Origin: Myxococcota bacterium
GTDB taxonomy: Bacteria > Myxococcota_A > UBA796 > GCA-2862545
DNA: 64,000 nucleotides
Assembly: GCA_039208735.1 (NCBI GenBank)
Contig: JBCCQY010000018.1
Location: forward strand, 1-64,000
Reading direction: 5' to 3'
Of this stretch, positions 9,346 to 19,393 are shown piece after piece. Within the stretch, counting starts at the first letter, position 1, and every line of letters begins with the position of its first letter. Position numbers and translations under genes: made by a program. The notes beneath the pieces were generated by a model. It was not told the origin of the DNA and did not search any database. It saw only the letters and a program-made list of their open reading frames with translations.

Positions 9346-10224
9346 TCAAAGGCTTTGAATCTGTGCTCGAAGGCCCAGTCGAAGCAGACTCGAGCCTCGC
9401 ATTCCCCGAACCTCGACGGCAAGTCGGTCGTGGGGCAGGCCCGCCTCGCGAAGCTGGGCCCGCGCGCGATGGGTGTAGAGGTGAAGCTGGCTCGAAGACA
9501 GGCTCAAACGGCGCCGCAGCATGGCGGCTTCGAGCCAGCCATCGTCGGGGGAGGCAAGGCGTGCGTCGGCTAACTCCACGAGCAGATGCGTATGCCGTCG
9601 CACCGTCAACTCTCGTTCGGCACCCCCCACCTGCAGCGCGCAACGGTAGATGCGATCACCGTCGGCGCTCACCTCCAGAATCAGCTGCTCGTCGTGGTCC
9701 ACTTCCGCTTCGGTATGGGAGGAGCCGCCACGAACGCTGGTAGGAAGCACCACGGTCCACGCCGCCTCGCCCGACTCGAGCAGGTCCCCCCCTTCGATCC
9801 AATGTCCACCTTCGGCGTGCCGCCAGCGCTCACCATCGCGTTCCAGCACATGCAAGCCATCGGGGCTGACCCACCGGGAACCGAGAACCGGTATGGCCCC
9901 GCCATCCAGGTCGATCAGCACAAGTCCAGGTGGGGAAAGATCAGCAACCTCCCAGACCTGTTCCGACGAGCCGAACCGAAGCCGCATGCCCACTTCGAGC
10001 GAATGCCGCGTTCCTTCTGCCAAAGGGGACGCGCCATCGAACGTGCCATTGGTCGTCTTTTGGGGTCGAATCCACCATTGGTCCTCGTCGAAGAAGAAGG
10101 TGGCGTGATGACCCGAGACACGTCGATCGAGGAGTTGAATGTCGCAATGGGGATAGCGACCCACCAACGTCCGAGCCCCAAGGTTGATCCATCGCCCGTC
10201 GCGATGTCGTTGAAGAAGTGCCAC
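9346..10224 (-). CDS. FHA domain protein with C-terminal HTH-like domain (paralogue of 3283-4188)
   Basis: VGRYPHCDI...VSGHHA...TTNGT. C-terminal LLVELADAR...GW...LHLYTHRARAQLREAG. The GTG start overlaps the upstream TAG by 1 nt. Confidence 0.87.
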   Translation of the reverse strand: MALLQRHRDGRWINLGARTLVGRYPHCDIQLLDRRVSGHHATFFFDEDQWWIRPQKTTNGTFDGASPLAEGTRHSLEVGMRLRFGSSEQVWEVADLSPPGLVLIDLDGGAIPVLGSRWVSPDGLHVLERDGERWRHAEGGHWIEGGDLLESGEAAWTVVLPTSVRGGSSHTEAEVDHDEQLILEVSADGDRIYRCALQVGGAERELTVRRHTHLLVELADARLASPDDGWLEAAMLRRRLSLSSSQLHLYTHRARAQLREAGLPHDRLAVEVRGMRGSSLLRLGLRAQIQSL

Positions 10225-13200
10225 TAGCCAGGCTCCGGAACCGCTAGCGCCTGGCGCGCCAACGCAAGAAGCACCCCCAGCTCGCCGTGCTCGGGTACCA
10301 CGAGTCCCTCCGCCAGACGTTCAGCTTCCGAAAGGGCATTCGCCGCGTCGTTTCTCGACCACCGCGCCTGATGTCGTGCGCGGTCCGCCCAGATCTTGGC
10401 GAGTTCAGCCGGCGTCTCGGCCTTCATAAGCTGCTCAATCGCCTGGTCCCAGTACCGACTCGCCTCGCGGCTACGGCCTTGGTTGGCGGCAACGTTCCCA
10501 AGCTGGGCGAGGGCCACCGCTTCGAACAGGGCGTTGCGCGACTCGCGAAGCGCGGGCAGTGCGTCAAGGAGCACCGCTTTTGCGGCCTCAAATCGCTTTG
10601 CGTGGACCAACATCACGCCTAGGTGAACCTGGCATTCGGCAACGTAATGAATGGCTCCACCCGCCTCAAGCGCCGCTGATGCGGTCTTGAACGACCCTTC
10701 CGCTTCTCCGAATGCCCCCACCATGCCCTGGATTCGGCCCAGATTGATAAGGGCAATCGCTGCATGCATGCGCCCGCCGTTCGTTCGGTGCAACGCAAGG
10801 GCCTGTCGATGCAGGTCGAATGCATCTGCCCACTGGCCACGCTCTTCGTGAAGGATCCCAAGCCCACCCAGCAAAATAGCATATCCTTGAGGAAATCCCT
10901 GATTTCGAGTTTGTTTCATTCCTTCGCGGTAATGGTGCTCGGCATCTTCGAGACGTCCTTGATAAATCGCCAGATTCGCAAGACCCGTGTGAATGCGCAC
11001 CAGCAACGGAGAGGGATCGAAGCGTTCGTGTAGGGCCAATGCCTGTTCGAGGTGTTGACGAGCCCGGTCCGGGCGTTCCGTCTTCAGGTACAGCACGCCG
11101 AGGGTATTGTGTACATTCGCTTGCCGGAAGGCCCCCGCATGGTTCCGCCTAGGATCGAGGCAGGCGTGAAGGAAGTCCTGGGCCGCCTCAAAATCGCCGG
11201 TGTACGTCGCGATCTGACCCAAGGTCAACCGCGCGGAAGCATGAACCGGATCGTCGGGCGTCTCCTTCGCCACTTCGCGGGCATACATCGCGGCTTTCCT
11301 CGCGTCATCGAACAGGCCAAGGTCGTTCAGCAACGTCGAAAGTCGCAGATAAGATGTGGCCTTGCCAATCGCATTCGACGTCGCGGACCAGTGCTCGATG
11401 GCCGCCTCAAAGGCCCGACGCGACTCCGCGGTCTGGCCCAGCTGTCGATGATTTCGGGCAAGCTCATCAAGCGCCAGGGCCTGATCTTCGTCGGAGAGTT
11501 TAGGAATCGCAACCAGGCGCTGGGCAAGCTCCAGGTTTCGCTCGGCTGTCCCGATCCGACTCCGAACGAGCGTTGCCGCTCGCAGCGTCGAAAGGGCTAC
11601 GACGGGGTCCTGACGCCTCAGCGCCCTGTCACAAGCTACCGTGATATTCGGGATTTCGCGAGTAAGAATCGCCAGCGCATCAACGTGACTGGCGGTGGCC
11701 GACGGTCGAATCGACTCCGACAGTGCTGCGTAATAGGCACCGTGGCGTTGTTCCGTATTGCTGCGCAACCCTGATGAATCCAGAGCCTGAGCCGCATACT
11801 CCTGAACCGTCAAGAGCAAACGGAACCGGCCGTCGCGCTCCACCTGGACGAGCGAATGCGACACCAACCGATCCATGACGTCCAACGTCAGCGAGGATGA
11901 ATCGAGCACCGACTCGACCGCCTCCAGATCAAAACTCGGTTCAAACACTGACAGTTGGAGGAGCGCGGCCCGTTCTTCAGCCGTGAGGAGCTGTACACTC
12001 CAATCGAGGGTCGCCCGTAGCGTGGCTTGGCGAGAGGGCCGGGGACTCATCGCCTTGAGCAGGCGAAACCGGTCGGTCAGTCGGGCCAGGATGGCCTTGA
12101 GTGGAAGCAACCGGACCCGCGCCGCAGCGAACTCGATGGCAAGGGGGATGCCATCCAACAAACGAAGTACCGCGTGTAGTGTCGAAGTCTGGGACGCGGC
12201 GTTGAAGGCGGGCTGCACGGCCAGGGCGCGGGCCTCGAACAACGCCTTTGCCTCGGGCTCCGAAAGGGGTTCAAGGGGCAATTGCTGCTCGCCCACCAAA
12301 CCCAGCGGGACGCGACTCGTCACCAAAAAGCGTGCGTCAGGTGCCGCCGCAGTCCAAACGTCGAGGAGTTCAACGAGAATATCCGCCACTTGCTCGGCAT
12401 TATCAAGGGCAATGAGGCAGGGACCGCGTTGCTGAATGACAAACGCAAGCCGCTTCGCATCAAGACTCCGTTGCGCGTTGGCCCCCAGCCCTTGGGCCAT
12501 CGCAGCCAGTACGTCCGACCGGTTCGTCGACTCGGCGAGGTCGCACCACACGGGGGTGCGCCCACCCACATCGCGATTTCGGATAAAATTTACGATAAAC
12601 CTTGTTTTCCCGATTCCTCCAAGCCCGGTTACCGTCACCACTCGGCCGCGATGCAGCGCAGTCCACAGAAGGTCGAAGTCCGAGTCTCGACCGATGAAGA
12701 CGTCCCGCTCTGCCGGCAGGAGCGCCGAGGCAGGGTGTGGCTGCGTGGATTCTGCTTCGGTAGTGTCCAGCGCAACTTCAAACCGACGCCGGACCAGCTC
12801 CCCAAGGGCGGTCTGGAAGCCCAGTGGCTCCAGGGCGGGCTGCCCAAGCTGGGCCCGAAGCGCCAACGCAGATGCGAACCGCTGATCCGGATCTCGCTTC
12901 AACAGTCGCAACAGAATCGTCCGAAACCGCTCCGGCACCTTCGAATCCATTCGATCAGCGTGGGGTTTGCGACCCAACAGCATCTCGTGGAGCAACACCC
13001 CGAGCGACCAAAGGTCCGCTCGGGCATCGACCGATCCCGCGTCCCTTCGCTGCTCGGGAGCCGCGTAGGCATGCGTGCCCAGAAAGTCCCCCGTGCGAGT
13101 CGCATCTGAACTCACAAACTGCGCTACCCCAAAATCCGTGAGCCTCGGAACAAGGCTCCCGGTATGCGGGTCGAGCAAGACGTTGGAGGGCTTGACGTCG

Positions 13201-13580
13201 CGGTGAACCACACCTGCCGCATGCGCGGCGGCCACCCCCTCCACAATGCCAACGAATAAGGCCAACGCCTCCTCTTCCGTGAGTTGGCGAATCTCGAGAA
13301 GTTCCTTGAGGGAGCACCCTCGGACTTGCGGCATGAGGAGCGCGGGTTGTCCGTCGACCGACAACACGGCTTGAACCGGCACCACATATCGGGAGACGAT
13401 GCGTTGTTGGACTTCACCTTCGAGGCGCACCCGAGCGGCGAGCGACGGCCGATGGATGACCTTGAGCGCATGCTCGGTCCCGAGGGTTACGTGTCGCACC
13501 GCATAAACCGTCGAGGCCCCTCCACGACCGAGCGGCCGAAGGACCCTGAAGGCACCGATTTGTCGTCCCAACGCGAGCAC
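10224..13580 (-). CDS. Ser/Thr kinase - STAND ATPase - TPR fusion protein
   Basis: GRGGASTV, ALK, HRDVKPSN, DFG, APE. Walker A GLGGIGKT, Walker B IALDNAE, and LDGIPLAIE. Many C-terminal TPRs. Confidence 0.92.
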   Translation of the reverse strand: MLALGRQIGAFRVLRPLGRGGASTVYAVRHVTLGTEHALKVIHRPSLAARVRLEGEVQQRIVSRYVVPVQAVLSVDGQPALLMPQVRGCSLKELLEIRQLTEEEALALFVGIVEGVAAAHAAGVVHRDVKPSNVLLDPHTGSLVPRLTDFGVAQFVSSDATRTGDFLGTHAYAAPEQRRDAGSVDARADLWSLGVLLHEMLLGRKPHADRMDSKVPERFRTILLRLLKRDPDQRFASALALRAQLGQPALEPLGFQTALGELVRRRFEVALDTTEAESTQPHPASALLPAERDVFIGRDSDFDLLWTALHRGRVVTVTGLGGIGKTRFIVNFIRNRDVGGRTPVWCDLAESTNRSDVLAAMAQGLGANAQRSLDAKRLAFVIQQRGPCLIALDNAEQVADILVELLDVWTAAAPDARFLVTSRVPLGLVGEQQLPLEPLSEPEAKALFEARALAVQPAFNAASQTSTLHAVLRLLDGIPLAIEFAAARVRLLPLKAILARLTDRFRLLKAMSPRPSRQATLRATLDWSVQLLTAEERAALLQLSVFEPSFDLEAVESVLDSSSLTLDVMDRLVSHSLVQVERDGRFRLLLTVQEYAAQALDSSGLRSNTEQRHGAYYAALSESIRPSATASHVDALAILTREIPNITVACDRALRRQDPVVALSTLRAATLVRSRIGTAERNLELAQRLVAIPKLSDEDQALALDELARNHRQLGQTAESRRAFEAAIEHWSATSNAIGKATSYLRLSTLLNDLGLFDDARKAAMYAREVAKETPDDPVHASARLTLGQIATYTGDFEAAQDFLHACLDPRRNHAGAFRQANVHNTLGVLYLKTERPDRARQHLEQALALHERFDPSPLLVRIHTGLANLAIYQGRLEDAEHHYREGMKQTRNQGFPQGYAILLGGLGILHEERGQWADAFDLHRQALALHRTNGGRMHAAIALINLGRIQGMVGAFGEAEGSFKTASAALEAGGAIHYVAECQVHLGVMLVHAKRFEAAKAVLLDALPALRESRNALFEAVALAQLGNVAANQGRSREASRYWDQAIEQLMKAETPAELAKIWADRARHQARWSRNDAANALSEAERLAEGLVVPEHGELGVLLALARQALAVPEPG

Positions 13581-13686
13581 AGCAATATGTACAGTGTCAT
13601 CCGCCTAAGTGCTCGCTAACATCGCCGTAGAGGAAGAAGATTGGCCGAAGGCGCTCGGACTGCTTCGGTTCCTCACCCGCAGGAAC

Positions 13687-14232
13687 TCAAGGGGTGACCG
13701 GCGTAAGCAAGACCCACGGATCTTCATCGCAGCCCGTTTCGAGGTCGGTGCGGTCCCGTGGGGGAGCCTTCAGCGCCTCCGCCTCGGTGTAGTAAAGGTC
13801 CGAGTTCCCACAGTAATACAGGTCGGTGCCGTCGAAGGTCCACTCCGTACGAACAAACGAAGCGTACCCTTTCGACGAGCTGTCCAAAATCATGAACATC
13901 TCTGTGTTATCGAACGACACCATAGGAAGGGTAAGCTTCTCTTTCGCTGTTCCGAACGTCACTTCCGTGTTCGAAAAGACAATCGTGACCATGCCCTTCT
14001 TGACCGTCGTCGTGTAGGTCCCTGCAATGGCAAGTTGAGGGCCCGTGTCCGCGTCCGTGTCCGCATCGGTGTCGGCGTCCGTGTCCGCATCGGCATCGGC
14101 ATCGGCGTCTGAATCGGCGTCGGTGTCCGCATCGGTGTCGGCATCGGCTTCAACGCCGGAGTCGGATTTGGTCTCCGAATCCGTACACGCCACCAAAAGC
14201 CCAACAGTCAAGATAGAAAACCAAGAATTCAC
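13687..14232 (-). CDS. Lipoprotein with an Asp-rich (DA/DT) low-complexity linker
   Basis: Lipobox GLLVAC, a DADTDADTDADSD repeat, then a beta-rich domain with two Cys. GGAG RBS. Confidence 0.85.
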   Translation of the reverse strand: MNSWFSILTVGLLVACTDSETKSDSGVEADADTDADTDADSDADADADADTDADTDADTDADTGPQLAIAGTYTTTVKKGMVTIVFSNTEVTFGTAKEKLTLPMVSFDNTEMFMILDSSSKGYASFVRTEWTFDGTDLYYCGNSDLYYTEAEALKAPPRDRTDLETGCDEDPWVLLTPVTP

Positions 14233-14442
14233 GCCTACTCCACGGAAGAAAATCGGCCATTGCTGGAACGGATGGACGATTTAACCCGACCCGACACCCA
14301 AGACGCTCACCGTACGCTAAGGCCAGGAAGCACAACGGTTCTGCTCCACTCGGATGGTAGGAATTGGAGTTCGGCAATCCATCGGAGATTGTGGAAATGA
14401 AGGGTCTTGATGACGGGACGGCCCGTCACCTGCCCCTACGAC

Positions 14443-16719
14443 TCACTGTACGACGATCGACAGCTGGCCTGCGTTGTCAGTCACGGCGAAGAGGTTCGTG
14501 TACTGGCCATCCGCGAGGGTGCCGAGGTCGAAAGACGCGTCGAGAACGAGATCGTTGTCGAGATCGAAGCCCAAGGTGTAGTCACCATCAGGAATGTCGA
14601 GACGCGAGCCCACCTCGCCAAAGTCGATGTCGTGCGCCGCGAACACGACCGCTCCGGCGGCCGGCAAGAGGAACACGTCGACTTCGTGGACGTCCACCGC
14701 CGTATGGATGAACCGAACCCGCGTGGTGTGGGCCGCGATGCTCTCATCCCGATCGACCAACAGCAGCGGTTGAATGTGGGCGAGCGTGTCGAAAGCCACG
14801 GCGGTGTAGCGAGCGTTCGGATCGAGGACCACGGCCTCGCCGATCACCGCTTGGCTTAGCCCAGCTCCGCCGGGCGTGATCGAGAGTGTGGTCGAGCCAG
14901 ACGGTACCGGTAGGTAGCCCGTGCCATCCGTGAACACGAGACCCGCCACCGCCGGCGCGCTCGTCGCCCCCACGAAGGCATCGACCGCGGGCGCGTCGGG
15001 CGACAGATGGAGGACGCGAATCTCGGCCGGCGGCGCGACGGCCTGGGCAGCGATGAGCGACACGATGTTCTCGTCTTGCAGTGCGAGCTGCACTGCGCCG
15101 TGGGCGTCAATGACGACGAACGCGTTGGCAATGGTCCCCTCGGCGAGCTGCGGCAGCGGGAACGCCAAGTCTTCGATTCCGTTGTCGTCGAGGTCCAGGC
15201 CGATGGTGTACGTGCCGGCATCGACTTCGACCGCAGCTCCGGCCGTGCCGAAATCCAAGTCGGCGGTCAGGGGCACTCGGTCGTCACCGATGATGGCGAG
15301 CACATCGACCTGACCCACTCCGACGGCGGTATGAACCGCCCGGATTCGGACCTCGTCGGGCGTGGACCGATCGTCCACGAGAACCAGGGCCTGAATCGTC
15401 GCCAGCTCGTCGAACGCCGCGACGGTGTACGAGGTGTCGGGGTCGAGCGTGACGTTCGCGGTGAGCACGGCGCCGCCGATGCCCGCACCCGCCGGGGTGA
15501 CGGCAATCTCCTGCTGACCGGACATCACCGAGGCATAGGCACTGCCTTCACCAAAGTCCACCCCCCCGAAGGCAACCGCGCCATCGACAAGAACGTCGAC
15601 GGTCGGTGCATCGGGCGACAGGTGAATCGCGCGGACCGAGGGCGACTGCGGAGCGGGAATGCCCACGACCCGCGTAACGGGGCCGGCGCCGGCCTGGATG
15701 GCGAGGAACACGTCACTTCCATCATGGACCGCGAAGACGTTCAACGACTCGTCCTGGGGCAACGACGGCAGGTCGAAGAGAAGGTCGCTGACCATGTCGT
15801 CATCGAGGTCGAGCCCCACGGTGTACTGCGCGGAGGGCAACTCGAGCGCATTGGCGGCCGTACCGAAGTCCAGGTCGTCGACCAAGGGCAGATCCAGCCC
15901 ATTCGAATCGCGCTGCAGCACGTTGACCGTGCCCACCCCGGCCGCGGTGTGGGCGATGCGTACCCGTGTCGTCCCTGGAGCGGGTGCCGATACGTCGTCA
16001 ACCAGCGAAAGAGCCGTGATATCTGCGAGCAAGTCGTAGGCGGTCAGCGTGTAGAACGTAAGGCCGAGGAGATCGAGGTTGTCGGCGTCGAGCACGCTAT
16101 CGGTCACCGCGGCACCCGCAGGGGTCACGTCGATGTCGTAAACCGCCGGCGAGAGCTTGAGGTAGTCGGTGGAATCCGCAAATGCCAGCGCGTTGATCAA
16201 GCGCTGTGCCGTGCTGTCGTCGGCCCCTGCGGCCCGGCCAAACACCGAGACGTCCGGTGCATCGGGCGACAGGTGAAGGGCGCGCACATTGGCGAACTGC
16301 GGAATGTTCGGGCTGGGCGTAACCACCGTCGTCCCACCGCTGGTGGATTGTACCGTCAGCACCACGCTGCTCGGCCCCTGGCCCACCGTGAGCAGCTCCG
16401 CCTCGACCAAGGCGTTGGCCGGAAGCTCAAACCAGAGGTCGAGCAACCGGTCGCCATCTTGGTCGAAGCCCAGTGCATGGATCGACAGTTCCATGGTGAT
16501 GTCGTCGGTACTCGTGGAGGGTTCCAGACCGTTGAACATCGGACTGCCGATGCCAGCATCGAAGCTCCACGCGCTGAGCGACACGTCAGGCAGCGCGTTG
16601 AGCACAGGAGCCCGGGTCGCATCCGCATCGACGGTGCCAGACGGTGAGTCAGCATCGGAGCAGGCGATGGCCGTGGCGACCAAGGTGGGGGCCAGCAAAG
16701 CGAAAATTCTCGGGTTCAT
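14443..16719 (-). CDS. Lipoprotein with tandem DUF4397 repeats
   Basis: Lipobox TAIAC. Three copies of VRxxHLSPDAPxVDV, each with a RVRxxHTAxGVG half-unit and a DxDxD motif. AAGGA RBS. Confidence 0.88.
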   Translation of the reverse strand: MNPRIFALLAPTLVATAIACSDADSPSGTVDADATRAPVLNALPDVSLSAWSFDAGIGSPMFNGLEPSTSTDDITMELSIHALGFDQDGDRLLDLWFELPANALVEAELLTVGQGPSSVVLTVQSTSGGTTVVTPSPNIPQFANVRALHLSPDAPDVSVFGRAAGADDSTAQRLINALAFADSTDYLKLSPAVYDIDVTPAGAAVTDSVLDADNLDLLGLTFYTLTAYDLLADITALSLVDDVSAPAPGTTRVRIAHTAAGVGTVNVLQRDSNGLDLPLVDDLDFGTAANALELPSAQYTVGLDLDDDMVSDLLFDLPSLPQDESLNVFAVHDGSDVFLAIQAGAGPVTRVVGIPAPQSPSVRAIHLSPDAPTVDVLVDGAVAFGGVDFGEGSAYASVMSGQQEIAVTPAGAGIGGAVLTANVTLDPDTSYTVAAFDELATIQALVLVDDRSTPDEVRIRAVHTAVGVGQVDVLAIIGDDRVPLTADLDFGTAGAAVEVDAGTYTIGLDLDDNGIEDLAFPLPQLAEGTIANAFVVIDAHGAVQLALQDENIVSLIAAQAVAPPAEIRVLHLSPDAPAVDAFVGATSAPAVAGLVFTDGTGYLPVPSGSTTLSITPGGAGLSQAVIGEAVVLDPNARYTAVAFDTLAHIQPLLLVDRDESIAAHTTRVRFIHTAVDVHEVDVFLLPAAGAVVFAAHDIDFGEVGSRLDIPDGDYTLGFDLDNDLVLDASFDLGTLADGQYTNLFAVTDNAGQLSIVVQ

Positions 16720-16790
16720 CTCGTCATGTCCTTCGTCACAGGTTCACGCTCGAGCGTCCGTGGCGTATGCCAACGCCTTCTGGCTTGTCC

Positions 16791-16828
16791 ATAGTTCGCA
16801 TATAGTTTGTGTATACTTTGCGTATACA
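16791..16828. promoter_or_regulatory. Candidate operator: 11-bp tandem direct repeats plus a TGTATAC-N5-GTATACA palindrome
   Basis: atagttcgcat / atagtttgtgt / atactttgcgt / ataca at 16791, 16802, 16813 and 16824. AT-rich island 70-110 nt upstream of the DUF4397 gene. Confidence 0.6.
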
Positions 16829-17744
16829 TACAGGGAGCACACGCTGTGCCGCCGAGGGTCGTGCGCCCTCGATTCGCAACCGACCTCAGCATCCGTCGGC
16901 ATCAAAGCAATCTCAAACCCGGTCGACACCAGGGTCGTTCGGTGTCACCCCGGATGGGGAGGCCCTATCTCGGCATCATTCGGCTGGATTTGTCCACCGG
17001 AGGCAAAAGACGCTTCCTACAGGGCCGAAACCCGTGGATGCATCCGAGCGGCAAAACCGTGTTCGCACAGTCCTGTGGCAGCCTCGTGAGTCGCATTGCC
17101 GTTGCGGATGCGTCGGGGCTATTCGAGGTGGTCACGCCTTGCAGCTCAGAGGTCGAATCCCCCAGTCTGACCCCGCCGGACTTCGAGTTCTCAAAGCTGT
17201 CGCCAGACGAGTCTCGCGTGGCGGTGGAAATGAGGTACTTCGCGGATGTTGGCGAAGTCGTATACACGACCATCGTGTTCGAGGGCGGTGAAGAGAGGGC
17301 ACGCTTCGATGGCTACTACGGCCCCGAATGGCTGCCCGACGGTGGCCTCGTCCTTTCGGCCGCTGAGGGCTTGTTCGTGGTCGATGCCACACTTTCGGAT
17401 GTCGTTCGCATCGACGGAGACCGCCTCGCCGGCCCCACCAACAACCCGTCCATCCACCCCGACGGCACACAATTGGTGTTCGAATTCAACCAGCAGATTT
17501 GGGCGATGAACATCGACGGTACCGAACTGCGGGAACTCGTCTTCGGGAGCCGGGCGTTGCGCTATCCGACCTGGTCCCCGAAGGCGATTCCGTTGCCTAC
17601 CTCGCCGTGTCCCAGCAGGACTGGTACGACAAGGCAATCTACTTTACCGATCTTGCAGAAGGAGCGAGTACGTACCTGGATTTAACGCCAGCCTTCGGCA
17701 CCGATCCCAGCGTGGTTCCCAACGGTCCGCTCAGCTGGCGTTGA
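16807..17744 (+). pseudogene. TolB-like/PD40 beta-propeller protein, frameshifted and probably 5'-truncated
   Basis: SKLSPDESRVA, PEWLPDG, PSIHPDGTQLVF and YPTWSP. The reading continues in another frame (EGDSVAYL...GPLSWR*) if one C is added to the C-run at 17576-17579. Confidence 0.7.
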
Positions 17745-17765
17745 GGAGTCTCGGTGTTCCGCCTC

Positions 17766-18212
17766 CTAGGCCGGAACGTCGTGACCCGCTTCTCTCCAAG
17801 CATTAAGATGCCACTCGCAGTCGAGCGTACCCAGGACTTCGCCATCGGCATTCACCCCCTCCAAAGGTCCATGGAATGTCGCGAGCATGATGCAGCCTGG
17901 ATTCGACACCGGCTCATGGACCGCACCATCCTTCTCAAGCAGGTAAACCCCACGGCCAAACCGAACCGAGGGATCGTCGCGATAGTGGAACTCCCCCTCG
18001 AGGATGAACACTTCCACGGCCTTCACGTGGCGATGCAACGGAGCGGAGACCCCTTCATCCACCTTGATGAGGACGGTGAAACGCCCCGTTTCTTGATCTG
18101 CGGACAACAGTTTAAATTCCGTACCTGCCATTCCCCAGGGCGCCCAGTCGACCTCGCTTGGATCGACTCGAGACAGTGTGTGGGGGGTGGTCGCAGAAGC
18201 CGTTGAGTGCAT
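17766..18212 (-). CDS. Cupin (ChrR-like / 2,4'-dihydroxyacetophenone dioxygenase family)
   Basis: PLHRHVKAVEVFILEGEF and GAVHEP metal-binding cupin motifs. GGAG RBS. Confidence 0.85.
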   Translation of the reverse strand: MHSTASATTPHTLSRVDPSEVDWAPWGMAGTEFKLLSADQETGRFTVLIKVDEGVSAPLHRHVKAVEVFILEGEFHYRDDPSVRFGRGVYLLEKDGAVHEPVSNPGCIMLATFHGPLEGVNADGEVLGTLDCEWHLNAWREAGHDVPA

Positions 18213-18328
18213 GGCGATGTCTCCGATTTCACGTGCGTATCGCCCGTATCGATGGAGTTATCTTCATGCACGACGACAGAGGCACCGCACGCGCGGATTC
18301 CGTTCAGCGCGCGTTTTGCGTCGCTTGC

Positions 18329-19123
18329 TCAATGGCGACGAAGAAGGTCCCGCAGTGCTCTTGGACCGGACAACCCACATTTCTTGGCAACGACCGCCGC
18401 CGGTTCACCGGCATCGAGGAGCAAACGAGCACGGAAGGCCCGGCGTGTAGCGACGTATCGCATGGGAGGGAGGCCGAAACTCTCGCGGAATGCACGTCGA
18501 AGGTGGCCCGGCGACAATCCAGCTCGCTCGGCAATCGACAGTTCACTCAGCGGCTCGGCAAGCTCCTGATCGATCCATTCACCGAGATCACGACGCACCG
18601 AATGCCGCAGGCCACCTCGTGTTGCGGTGGTTTCACCCAGGAAATCTGCCGCACCGAGCACAAGGCCAGTCGCAATGGCCTCCGCCCCCCTCACAGGCCG
18701 CTCGCTCCACATCCACTCCGCGAGGGTGGCCGCGATCGGACGCGCTTGCTGAATCATCCGATTGAAAAAGCCATTCTGGGGCACCAGCCCCGATGGGACA
18801 TCGAAGTGCAGCACCTTACACGGAGCGGCAACCTCGAACACGGGCTGAGTGCCGGCCGCGATGTGCGCAAAGGAACCCGGCCGCGAGCCCCGGTCGACGC
18901 AAACCCCCGTTCGCCGTGAAACCGCACGGGTTCCGCTGACATGATAGATAAGCGTATCGGTTTCCTGCTTTGGAACCTCAATCTGACCCGGCGGATGAGC
19001 ATATGCGGACACCGTGCCGAGCCCGCGGAGGCCGAGCGTCCGATGCGGTCGCATCTCGTGATTTCTCGAAAGGTACGACGCAAGGGTCGACCAATCGGGT
19101 TCGGACTCCGGCTCGGTGGACAT
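18329..19123 (-). CDS. AraC-family transcriptional regulator
   Basis: IAERAGLSPGHLRRAFRESFGLPPMRYV...RARLLL...VAKKCG. Lies upstream of the cupin gene. Confidence 0.87.
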   Translation of the reverse strand: MSTEPESEPDWSTLASYLSRNHEMRPHRTLGLRGLGTVSAYAHPPGQIEVPKQETDTLIYHVSGTRAVSRRTGVCVDRGSRPGSFAHIAAGTQPVFEVAAPCKVLHFDVPSGLVPQNGFFNRMIQQARPIAATLAEWMWSERPVRGAEAIATGLVLGAADFLGETTATRGGLRHSVRRDLGEWIDQELAEPLSELSIAERAGLSPGHLRRAFRESFGLPPMRYVATRRAFRARLLLDAGEPAAVVAKKCGLSGPRALRDLLRRH

Positions 19124-19204
19124 CAGTGTCGCCTCATGAGGTGGCGCAGACCTCAGGGTACCACAGAGCCCCGGCGGAAAGACGTGTTCACGCGCTGTTC
19201 TGAA

Positions 19205-19274
19205 CCGCTGGCCTTCGGCGCTACGCGCCTGCCGCTCACGCGGTCAGCGTTCGTCGCTTTGCTCCTTCAGGCTG
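19205..19274. repeat. REP-like repeat (units B+A)
   Basis: ccgctggccttcggcgctacgcgcctgc...acgcggtcagcgttcgtcgctttgctccttcaggctg closely matches 28491-28562. Confidence 0.85.
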
Positions 19275-19393
19275 TCCGCGGCCCAGCGTACGAAGGCGAA
19301 GCTGAAGAGAGCCGGCAACGAGACCAACCCGATGATCGTGACGGCCGCCAGTACTTGTCCCAGGGAGGGACTGAAGAAGACATCGGGCTCCAT
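19244..19393 (-). CDS. 49-aa single-TM small protein (absent from the ORF track)
   Basis: MEPDVFFSPSLGQVLAAVTIIGLVSLPALFSFAFVRWAADSLKEQSDER*. TGATG overlap with the upstream gene and an AAGGAAGG RBS. Confidence 0.6.
   Translation of the reverse strand: MEPDVFFSPSLGQVLAAVTIIGLVSLPALFSFAFVRWAADSLKEQSDER

Noticed and set aside
14045..14150. Hexamer tandem repeat as a phase-variation locus
   Set aside because: In-frame, degenerate codons for an Asp-Ala/Thr linker; length changes would not shift the frame.
15007..16647. 546-aa plus-strand ORF
   Set aside because: Antisense shadow of the DUF4397 gene.
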